Part shown: piece after piece, positions 20,473 through 28,498 of the stretch
Numbering within the stretch: the first letter of the stretch is position 1
How the letters are laid out: each line of letters begins with the position of its first letter
From: an uncultured Flavobacteriales bacterium
GTDB lineage: Bacteria; Bacteroidota; Bacteroidia; Flavobacteriales_G; JALEGO01
Reading direction: 5' to 3'
DNA: 49,475 nt
Assembly (NCBI GenBank): GCA_964512145.1
Contig: CAZEIM010000005.1
Location: 27,942 to 77,416 of the forward strand
Notes under the pieces: model-generated
Seen by the model: only the letters and a program-made list of their open reading frames with translations
Databases searched by the model: none
What the model was told of the DNA's origin: nothing
Translations under genes and position numbers: made by a program

Positions 20473-22036
20473 ATTCAAAATAGACAACGAAAGCACTGAA
20501 CTTTTAGATAGAATTACAAATATCTATAATTTCAAAAGAGATACTATTACAGGTAGAATTGCACTTGCCTTAAGTATTAACAAAGGTAAATTCTTTCACA
20601 ACAACGAAAATGGGTTACCTCAAAATGGTCGTGAATACACCCCAACAAGTAACATTTTTGGTCGTTTAGTGAATGATACTGATAACTATGTTTTGTATAA
20701 AACAATATTCGATCAACATTATAAAAAAGAACTTTCTGAAAATGATTTTATAAAACTGTACAAATTGCATTTAAGAGATGGTTTAGATCTATGGATTAAT
20801 GAATTGGAAAAAGGGGATATCACTAAAGGCGATCATATTTCATTTTTAATTGAACCCGTTAAGCGAGGTCTAGCGAAAAGAAGTACGAATGTTGTTTTAG
20901 GCAACAATCAAGTTAGAAATAATCAAAATGAAATTTCAATGAGTGGTTCTTCAAAACCAATTGAATTAAATTTTGGATTAGATTTAAATGGTGAAAGAAT
21001 TCTAGTAAAAATTAACGATGAGAGAGAATACACAAGTCGACACTTTGCTATTGCAGGAACTACTGGATCAGGTAAAACCCAATTCGTTTTTGATATTCTA
21101 AATCAAATTTCAAAACAAACTGATTATGAGTTAAAGTTTACCTTTTTTGATTTTAAAGGTACTGACACTAAAGAAAAACTTAATGACTTTTTAAATTCTA
21201 CTAATGCTGAATTTATAAAAGTTAATCACAACGAAGGTTTTCCTTTTAGTCCTTTAAAGAACTATGATTTGAGTAATCAAAACTATATTGAGTCATTTGC
21301 AAGTGACCTTAGGACATTTTTTAAAGATATTAGACAGGTACAATCTGCAAGCTTAGTAAGGCAAATTATTGATTACTACTTTGATAACAAAAAATCTCCA
21401 ACATTGATTGAGTTAATGGAAAGTTTGTTAGAAAATAATAAAGGAAAATTCGATACGACCACTAGTGTTATTCAGCAATTGATTAATTCTGGCATCTATG
21501 ACGAAAGTAAGACATATTCAATATTTGATCAAAGTTCATACATATCTATGCCATCGGAAGTAACAAAGGAAATCAAACAATTTGTAACTTTCAATTTACT
21601 TAAATTTATGTATGATAAAATTAAAAGATCAGGAGATACAGTTGTAAATGATAATATAAAAGAGTTGAAACACATAATTATTATTGATGAAGCTCAAAAT
21701 TTTCTGCAACATAAAAATGCCCGACCTGTAATCGAAGATATGTTAAGAGAATTAAGGTCAATGGGGATAATTATAATTTTAATTGCTCAAGAAACTCAAG
21801 ATTTCATTTACAGTGATTTTGATTTAACTTCTCAAATCAAGTTTCCTATTTGTTGTGATGTTAGAGATAAATCTCTCAAGAGAATAGTTCCATTTATTGG
21901 AAGTGTTAACAGCGAATTGAAATTAAAAAATCAACTTGATAAACTAGAGTCGGGAAAAGCAATAATTAATATCGGAGAACCTAAAATTATCGAGCTAAGA
22001 CAATGGTGGAAAACCAAAAAAGAAGAAAATATATAA
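20465..22036 (+). CDS. dndE: DndE domain fused to a HerA/VirB4-like P-loop ATPase (DndEi-like)
   Basis: N-terminal RIALALS...GREY....IFG...KLHLRDGL (DndE-like); Walker A IAGTTGSGKT; FDFKG; Walker B IIIIDEAQ; RELRSMG; overlaps dndD by 8 bp. Confidence 0.75.
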   Translation: MIRFKIDNESTELLDRITNIYNFKRDTITGRIALALSINKGKFFHNNENGLPQNGREYTPTSNIFGRLVNDTDNYVLYKTIFDQHYKKELSENDFIKLYKLHLRDGLDLWINELEKGDITKGDHISFLIEPVKRGLAKRSTNVVLGNNQVRNNQNEISMSGSSKPIELNFGLDLNGERILVKINDEREYTSRHFAIAGTTGSGKTQFVFDILNQISKQTDYELKFTFFDFKGTDTKEKLNDFLNSTNAEFIKVNHNEGFPFSPLKNYDLSNQNYIESFASDLRTFFKDIRQVQSASLVRQIIDYYFDNKKSPTLIELMESLLENNKGKFDTTTSVIQQLINSGIYDESKTYSIFDQSSYISMPSEVTKEIKQFVTFNLLKFMYDKIKRSGDTVVNDNIKELKHIIIIDEAQNFLQHKNARPVIEDMLRELRSMGIIIILIAQETQDFIYSDFDLTSQIKFPICCDVRDKSLKRIVPFIGSVNSELKLKNQLDKLESGKAIINIGEPKIIELRQWWKTKKEENI

Positions 22037-22130
22037 TGCCAACCCTTAACAGCCAAACACATTGCCAAGCTGCACAAGCCCATGCTCAAAACCCAAGCTT
22101 GGCAGTAGCGTGTGTCTGTCCCAACGCACA
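22035..22130 (+). repeat. GC-rich hairpin element, copy 2
   Basis: AATGCCAACC leader overlapping the stop codon; TGCCAAGCT (22063-22071)/AGCTTGGCA (22096-22104) stem plus ACAC/GTGT; CCAACGCACA tail. Confidence 0.7.
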
Positions 22131-22270
22131 ACCAAAACGACCGACAATAAAAAGTAAATTTGACATTTGAATAAATTTAAAATCGATAAATGAAATTATA
22201 CACGATGTAAGATCCCCCAACATTAGGATCTTTTGTGGGTAGATAAAAAAACGAATAACGTAACCTAAAA

Positions 22271-22304
22271 AATGAAACCGTTACAAATTGTAACAGTTTG
22301 AAAA
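22271..22304 (+). promoter_or_regulatory. Palindromic putative operator upstream of the BRO-N gene
   Basis: GTTACAA-A-TTGTAAC at 22280-22294; 28/34 identical to 22492-22525 inside the gene. Confidence 0.6.
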
Positions 22305-22317
22305 CAAAAAGGAAATC

Positions 22318-23184
22318 ATGGATAGAAAGAATGAAATTAAAGTATTTGAGGATAAGCAGGTAAGGTCTATTTGGGATGAAAAGAAGGAAAAATGGTATAT
22401 CTCAATAGTGGATGTGATTGCCGTTTTAACCGAAAGTGTTGACCCCACAGTTTATTGGAGAAAACTTAAACAAAGATTAAAAGCAGAGGGAAACGAAACC
22501 GTGACGAATTGTCACGGGTTGAAAATGCAGGCTATGGATGGTAAAATGCGGATGACGGATGTAGCTGATACCGAACAACTATTCCGCCTGATACAATCCA
22601 TTCCATCTCCCAAAGCCGAGCCTTTTAAACAATGGCTGGCGCAGGTAGCCGCAGAACGTTTGGATGAAATGCAAGACCCGGAATTGAGCATTGACAGGGC
22701 ATTGGAACAATACATGAAACTTGGTTATTCAGAAAACTGGATTAACCAAAGACTAAAAAGTATTGAGATACGAAAAGAATTAACAGACGAATGGAAAAAA
22801 CGGGGATTGAAACAAGGGGTTCAGTTTGCAACGCTTACCGATATTATTACCAAATCTTGGAGCGATAAAACCACCAAAGAATACAAAATCCTGAAAGGTT
22901 TGAAAAAGGAAAACCTGCGGGATAACATGACCAATACAGAACTCATTTTAAATATGCTTGCCGAGGCATCCACAAAAGACATATCAGCGGCAACCAATCC
23001 GAAAAATTTTGAAGAAAGCAAGAAAGTAGCCAAACAGGGAGGTAATGTAGCAAGGGTGGCACGAAAAGAATTGGAAGCTAAAACAGGTAAAAATGTAGTT
23101 ACTTCTCTAAATGCCAAAAAATTGTCTGAATCAGAATTGAAAAAATTAGAGGATGAACAGGATAAAAAGAAAAAAAGAAAATGA
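22318..23184 (+). CDS. BRO-N domain protein (phage antirepressor-like DNA-binding protein)
   Basis: VRSIWD...WY.S.VDVI.VLT, YWRKLKQRL, ETVTNCHGLK, RLIQSIPSPKAEPFK.WLA and NLRDNMT motifs. Confidence 0.85.
   Translation: MDRKNEIKVFEDKQVRSIWDEKKEKWYISIVDVIAVLTESVDPTVYWRKLKQRLKAEGNETVTNCHGLKMQAMDGKMRMTDVADTEQLFRLIQSIPSPKAEPFKQWLAQVAAERLDEMQDPELSIDRALEQYMKLGYSENWINQRLKSIEIRKELTDEWKKRGLKQGVQFATLTDIITKSWSDKTTKEYKILKGLKKENLRDNMTNTELILNMLAEASTKDISAATNPKNFEESKKVAKQGGNVARVARKELEAKTGKNVVTSLNAKKLSESELKKLEDEQDKKKKRK
23122..23163 (+). repeat. Left arm of 42-bp imperfect inverted repeat flanking GxxExxY
   Basis: Reverse complement matches 23563-23604 at 31/42 positions without gaps. Confidence 0.75.
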
Positions 23185-23588
23185 AGGAAGAAAAGATAAC
23201 ATACAAAAAATTGGTTGTTCTATGAAGACGCATAACACACTTGGCAATGGTTTTCAAGAAGTAATATATCAACGCTGTCTTGCTATAGAATTAAAAAAGG
23301 CCAACTTAGGTTTGGGAAGAGAAATTGAACAACCTTATTTATTACGAAGGCAATGAGATAGGAACACGAAGGGAAGACTTTATAGTTGAAAATAAGATAG
23401 TTGTTGAGTTGAAGGCTTTAGTAAATTTGGAAGAAGTTTATCTAGTAAAAGCCAAAAATTATGTGGTTGCCAATGATTTTCTCACAGGTCTGTTAATCAA
23501 TTTCGGCTCTACAAGTTTGCAATACCAAAAGGTTTTTAACCCAAAATACAGCATTGTTAAACATCCTGCTAATCCAAAAATCAATTAA
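23181..23588 (+). pseudogene. GxxExxY protein (PD-(D/E)xK-like), two frameshifts
   Basis: MKEEKITYK in frame 1; IGCSMKTHNTLGNGFQEVIYQRCL in frame 2; IYYEG..DFIVENKIVVELKA..GLLINFG back in frame 1; indels near 23205 and 23336. Confidence 0.85.
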
Positions 23589-23604
23589 ATCCTGATTCAA
23601 ACAA
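23563..23604 (-). repeat. Right arm of 42-bp imperfect inverted repeat flanking GxxExxY
   Basis: ATCCTGCTAATCC...CCTGATTCAAACAA is complementary to 23122-23163. Confidence 0.75.
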
Positions 23605-23710
23605 TATGCTCCATAACAACACATCATTAAAATCGCTTATAGACAAGCTCTGGCAATTTTTTTTCCAAGATATACTAAGTATGCGTATATTTACACCCTT
23701 ATAATTTTAT

Positions 23711-24178
23711 ATGAAAAAAGCCGTATTTCCGGGTTCATTCGACCCCTTTACAAAGGGACACGAGGCTATTGTTTACCGAGCCTTACCATTATTTGATGAA
23801 ATAATTATTGCCGTTGGAAACAATTCGGCCAAAAATTCTTCGTTTACATTAGAAAATCGAATGAAAATGATTCAAGAAATATTTTCGCATGAAAATAAAG
23901 TTAAGATTGATTCTTTTTCCGGTTTAACCATCAACTACTGTAAACAAAACAATATTCATTTTATTATTCGTGGACTTAGAACATCTTCCGATTTTAACTA
24001 TGAACGATCCATCGCACAAATGAACCGAGCATTAAACCCTGAAGTTGATACAGTACTTATTATTTGCGAACCGGAACATTCGGCCATTAGCTCAACCATT
24101 ATTCGGGATATTATTAAACATGGCGGAGACCCAACTCCCTTTTTACCGGAAAAATTAAATTATGCTAAGTATATTTAA
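23711..24178 (+). CDS. coaD: Pantetheine-phosphate adenylyltransferase
   Basis: FPGSFDPFTKGH, IRGLR, DFNYE and ISSTIIR motifs. Confidence 0.97.
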   Translation: MKKAVFPGSFDPFTKGHEAIVYRALPLFDEIIIAVGNNSAKNSSFTLENRMKMIQEIFSHENKVKIDSFSGLTINYCKQNNIHFIIRGLRTSSDFNYERSIAQMNRALNPEVDTVLIICEPEHSAISSTIIRDIIKHGGDPTPFLPEKLNYAKYI

Positions 24179-25592
24179 ACACCTTATTGCATTATTTTTT
24201 CTAACCCAAACAATGTTTGGGTCAACCATAACTGGTTCCTCGCCTTTTATTCAAAATACATACATATATGTATTACAACCCTCCAGCAGAATATTAAACA
24301 CCTATATTCCCATCGACTCAACCTTAGTGGATGAAAAAGGAGTTTTTTCTTTTAATAACCTGCCCATTACCGAAACCGATTTATATCAAATACAGGTAAA
24401 AAACTACGTTGGTTTTATTTATCTAGCTCCTCATAATGAGTATACTATTCAATTAGAAGAATATCCCGAAGAGAACCAGCCTATTTACCGAAAAAAAAAT
24501 ATGCGTATTGTTGTATTACATGAAAAAAAAGATTCTCTCAATACTACCATAGATGAAATATCTTTTTATATAGATTCTTTATTATATAAAAGTATTATGA
24601 GTTCAACATTAAATATTCCATGGGATAGCGTTTACGATGTTTTAACCTTAAAATACAATCCTAAAAAGAATGATTTTCTTCAAGACTATATCCATTTTTC
24701 TATAGCCCATGCAAACTATCAAACGCATCCTCTGCAAAGAAGAAAAATAATACACCAATACTTTCATTCGAAGGCGAAAATTCATTCTACAGCTTCGTTT
24801 ATTTTTTTTAAATCACTCTATTCTGAATATTTTCAGCAATTAACTAAAAACAGCAGAGACACGTTTCAATATGCGATTAATAATTTTAATGAATCAACAG
24901 ACACTCTTATCTTGCAAAAATTATATTCATCGCTATCGTATCCTAAAGAAAAAAATTATGCCCTGTGGATTTTCACCTACACGCTTACAATGGGTAAAGA
25001 AACCAAGATATTTAAAACCGAAAAGGTGCTTGAAGTTCTAAAATATTTTAAAAAAAATTCTACAGATTCTTTATTGCAAAAAGAACTATCAGAGATTATC
25101 AATTATTTAACTCGAAATAGCACCGGATCTAAATTTCCAAATTTTTCGATGATCGAAACGCATAAAAATTTCAACCAAAAAATACCGGGAAACCATAAAA
25201 AAAATCTTGTACTTTTCTTTTTCACGTCATGGTCTGAAAGCTGTCAAAAAGAGCTCATGATCTTAGAAGATTTATGCGAAAAATACGAAGATGTTATTAA
25301 TTGTATATGCATATCCTTAGACGAAAATGAAGAAACTTTTGAAAAATATGTTTTAAACAAAAAGCTAGTCCATAAAAATATGCAATGGATGTACTTTAAT
25401 CATGATTTTTCTTGGCTAAATAAAACAAACATTCTTTCAGTTCCAACGGTTCACCTCTTAGATCATAATTTATGCTATCGAGAAGCGTACACACCTAATC
25501 CTTCTGAAGGACTTGAAAAAACTCTATATTCCATTAAAAAAGAAATGGAAGAAAATAAAAAAATAAAAAACAAACCCGGAAGTAATAAATAA
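24162..25592 (+). CDS. Exported protein with C-terminal TlpA/redoxin-like domain
   Basis: Signal peptide; GSKFPNFS..FFTSWSESC..ISLD..VP thioredoxin-fold motifs. Confidence 0.7.
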   Translation: MLSIFKHLIALFFLTQTMFGSTITGSSPFIQNTYIYVLQPSSRILNTYIPIDSTLVDEKGVFSFNNLPITETDLYQIQVKNYVGFIYLAPHNEYTIQLEEYPEENQPIYRKKNMRIVVLHEKKDSLNTTIDEISFYIDSLLYKSIMSSTLNIPWDSVYDVLTLKYNPKKNDFLQDYIHFSIAHANYQTHPLQRRKIIHQYFHSKAKIHSTASFIFFKSLYSEYFQQLTKNSRDTFQYAINNFNESTDTLILQKLYSSLSYPKEKNYALWIFTYTLTMGKETKIFKTEKVLEVLKYFKKNSTDSLLQKELSEIINYLTRNSTGSKFPNFSMIETHKNFNQKIPGNHKKNLVLFFFTSWSESCQKELMILEDLCEKYEDVINCICISLDENEETFEKYVLNKKLVHKNMQWMYFNHDFSWLNKTNILSVPTVHLLDHNLCYREAYTPNPSEGLEKTLYSIKKEMEENKKIKNKPGSNK

Positions 25593-26378
25593 ATGGGATA
25601 TATATTTAAAATATACCATTCCGTTAACAAGCAAGTTCGTTTTTTAGTAAAACACAAAATATTTATGGCTTGTTTGCTTATTTATCCATTGCATAATAAC
25701 GCTCAAGAAAAAAACACAACCATTGGCTTGGTCCTAAAAAATACTATACCCAATACTATTTTTAGAACTAAAACCCCGATACAAATAACACAAAATAATT
25801 TAAACGTGGATGTAGAGGGTAAACATTCAATATCATTTGGCATGGTTTTACGTAAATCCCTAACCAATGTATGGAGTATTGAATCGGGCTTATACTCTAT
25901 TAAACGAAATCAAATACTTAATTTTAGCGACAAGTCAAATAATTTAACCGAGAACTTATCATTCGCTATTTCTTCGTATGAAATTCCAATTCAAGCCTTA
26001 ATATATGTTAAAATTAATCCCTCATTATATGTTGATGCATCTAGTGGTGTTAGCATTAATTTTTTTCCATCACATGTAGGAAACTCATCAGAGAAAATCA
26101 CCCACTTAGCCGTTAAAAATCAATGGATTACTCCTTCTGCTATTGTGAGTACAGGCATGGAGTACAGAACAAAAAAATCCGGGTATATATACTTTGGAGG
26201 ATCATATCATGTGTATTTTTTTCCAAGCTATGAATCTCAAGTAGTTTATGAAAACAATGGAGTAAAACAAACCATCCCATATCTTTTATCCGGCAATTAC
26301 TTTTCACTGGATATAAAATATTTTTTTTACGAGGATAAAAAGAAAGAAACTCCAAAATTATACGATCACGAATTGTGA
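25593..26378 (+). CDS. Hypothetical outer-membrane beta-barrel-like protein (start uncertain)
   Basis: WSIESGL, YEIP and alternating beta-strand pattern ending DIKYFF. Confidence 0.55.
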   Translation: MGYIFKIYHSVNKQVRFLVKHKIFMACLLIYPLHNNAQEKNTTIGLVLKNTIPNTIFRTKTPIQITQNNLNVDVEGKHSISFGMVLRKSLTNVWSIESGLYSIKRNQILNFSDKSNNLTENLSFAISSYEIPIQALIYVKINPSLYVDASSGVSINFFPSHVGNSSEKITHLAVKNQWITPSAIVSTGMEYRTKKSGYIYFGGSYHVYFFPSYESQVVYENNGVKQTIPYLLSGNYFSLDIKYFFYEDKKKETPKLYDHEL

Positions 26379-26379
26379 T

Positions 26380-28413
26380 TTATAATTTCTCAAGCGATTT
26401 TTTTAAGGCAAACAATTCATCCCTAAGCCGAGCAGCTTCCATAAAATCCATTTCTCTAGCCGCTTTATGCATGTCTTTTTCAGTTTTTTGAATCAATTTT
26501 TCCATATCCTTTTTACTCATGTATTGTACAATAGGATCCGCTGCAATATTTAGTTCTTCTTTTTCTACATAGTAGGATACTTTACCTCCTTCTTTTTCTT
26601 TATTTGCTTCAATTACCGAGGTTTGTTTAAAAATATCTTCTGTTTTCTTTTGTAAAGGCTGGGGAGTTATGTTATGCAACAAATTATAATTCATTTGCTT
26701 AATTCTTCTTCTTTCGGTCTCTTCAATAGTTCTTCTCATCGATTCTGTGACCTTATCGGCATACATGATAACTTTACCATTCACGTTTCTGGCTGCTCTT
26801 CCGGCTGTTTGAGTAAGTGAGCGATCAGAACGCAAGAACCCTTCTTTATCAGCATCTAATATAGCTACCAATGAAACCTCAGGTAAGTCAAGTCCTTCCC
26901 TCAACAAATTTATCCCCACCAAAACATCAAATTTACCTAATCGTAAATCACGCAAAATTTCAACTCTGTCCAAAGTATCCACTTCAGAATGAATATAGCG
27001 ACACTTAATACCAAGTTTTACCATGTATTTGGTTAATTCTTCTGCCATGCGTTTCGTTAATGTGGTTACCAATACCCGCTCGTTTTTTTCACTGCGTAAA
27101 GCAATTTCTTCCATTAAATCATCCACCTGGTTCGATACAGGACGAATTTCAATTTGAGGATCCAACAATCCTGTAGGTCTAATTAATTGTTCTGCCACAA
27201 CCCCTTCAGACTTTTCTAATTCATATTCGGCAGGAGTAGCACTAACATATATTATTTGATTAACTAAGCCTTCAAATTCTTCAAATTGTAAAGGGCGGTT
27301 ATCTAAAGCTGCTGGCAAACGAAACCCATACTCTACCAAATTTTGCTTTCTAGATCTGTCGCCACCATACATGGCTTTAATTTGAGGAATAGTGACATGA
27401 CTTTCGTCTATTACTATTAAGTAATCGTCCGGAAAATAATCCAGCAAACAAAACGGTCTTTGCCCTGGCATCCTGCCATCAAAGTATCTAGAGTAATTTT
27501 CAATTCCGGAGCAATATCCCAACTCACGCATCATTTCCAAATCGTAATTCACCCTTTCTTCTAAACGTTTTGCTTCTAAAAATCGGGAAGTCTCTTTAAA
27601 GTAATCTACTTGCTTTTGCATATCCTCCCCTATTTGATATAGTGCCTTATGCAGTGTTTCTTTAGTGGTAACAAAAATATTGGCAGGATAAATTTTGATC
27701 GTTTCAAAAGCATTTAATTTCTTTCCATGTATAGGATCAATAGAATATATCTCTTCCACCTCTTCATCCCAAAATACTATTCTTATGGCATAATCAGCAT
27801 ATGCTAAAAATATATCTACATTTTCTCCAACCACTCTAAAAGTACCTCTTTTAAAATCTTTAGTTGTCCTGGAGTATAATGCCTCTACCAGTCTTAATAA
27901 AAAAGCATTTCTACTTACCCTTTCTCCTTTATGTAACTGAACAATATTGTGTTCAAAATCATCCGGATTACCCATACCATAAATGCAAGAAACAGATGAA
28001 ACTACAATAACATCCCTTCTTCCAGATAATAAAGTAGATGTAGTACTCAATCTTAATTTTTCAATTTCCTCGTTAATGGATAAATCTTTTTCAATATACA
28101 CTCCGGATGTAGGAATATATGCTTCGGGCTGATAATAATCGTAATACGACACAAAATACTCCACCGCATTTTGTGGAAAAAACTGCTTAAACTCTCCATA
28201 TAGTTGAGCCGCTAAGGTTTTATTATGGCTCAATACAAGTGTTGGTTTATTAACTTGTTGAATAACATTAGCAATGGAGAACGTCTTACCGGATCCCGTT
28301 ACCCCAAGTAAGGTTTGATGTTGAATGTTTTTTTGAATACCTTCTACTAATTGAGCGATAGCCTCTGGTTGGTCGCCAGTAGGATGGTATTCAGAAGTGA
28401 TTTTAAATTGCAA
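26380..28413 (-). CDS. uvrB: Excinuclease ABC subunit B
   Basis: PTGDQPEAI, GVTGSGKT, YYDYYQPEAY, DESH and QTAGRAAR motifs; C-terminal UVR domain; TTG start. Confidence 0.98.
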   Translation of the reverse strand: MQFKITSEYHPTGDQPEAIAQLVEGIQKNIQHQTLLGVTGSGKTFSIANVIQQVNKPTLVLSHNKTLAAQLYGEFKQFFPQNAVEYFVSYYDYYQPEAYIPTSGVYIEKDLSINEEIEKLRLSTTSTLLSGRRDVIVVSSVSCIYGMGNPDDFEHNIVQLHKGERVSRNAFLLRLVEALYSRTTKDFKRGTFRVVGENVDIFLAYADYAIRIVFWDEEVEEIYSIDPIHGKKLNAFETIKIYPANIFVTTKETLHKALYQIGEDMQKQVDYFKETSRFLEAKRLEERVNYDLEMMRELGYCSGIENYSRYFDGRMPGQRPFCLLDYFPDDYLIVIDESHVTIPQIKAMYGGDRSRKQNLVEYGFRLPAALDNRPLQFEEFEGLVNQIIYVSATPAEYELEKSEGVVAEQLIRPTGLLDPQIEIRPVSNQVDDLMEEIALRSEKNERVLVTTLTKRMAEELTKYMVKLGIKCRYIHSEVDTLDRVEILRDLRLGKFDVLVGINLLREGLDLPEVSLVAILDADKEGFLRSDRSLTQTAGRAARNVNGKVIMYADKVTESMRRTIEETERRRIKQMNYNLLHNITPQPLQKKTEDIFKQTSVIEANKEKEGGKVSYYVEKEELNIAADPIVQYMSKKDMEKLIQKTEKDMHKAAREMDFMEAARLRDELFALKKSLEKL

Positions 28414-28498
28414 TAGATTATTTTATGACAAAAATACAGAATATTTAGAATGAATTATACGTACAACTTTATGTTTATTTTTTTCGTATATTTACTTT

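Larger units (their letters stand above)
15586..23617. mobile_element. Accessory/defence island (inferred bounds), no integrase in window
   Basis: Dnd-like, BRO-N and GxxExxY genes interrupt housekeeping context; bounded by GTTATGG (15586) and its inverse CCATAAC (23611-23617). Confidence 0.55.

Noticed and set aside
15760-22036. Complete DNA phosphorothioation (dndABCDE) system or Wadjet/Lamassu/SbcCD
   Set aside because: No DndA/B/C, JetA/B/D, recognisable Lamassu effector or SbcD nuclease in the island; the SMC-like protein carries DndD-type motifs
22035-22130. Rho-independent terminator after the dnd-like operon
   Set aside because: Large loop and no U-tract after the stem; it shares architecture with the upstream element instead
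21931-22131. 66-aa minus-strand ORF
   Set aside because: Antisense to the dndE 3' end and spans the hairpin element; no coding evidence
22209-22235. AAGATCC/GGATCTT hairpin followed by Ts as a terminator
   Set aside because: Only a 7-bp stem with a 10-nt loop and a short T run; too weak to call
22318-23184. Prophage, suggested by the antirepressor-like gene
   Set aside because: No structural, terminase, replication or integrase genes in the window
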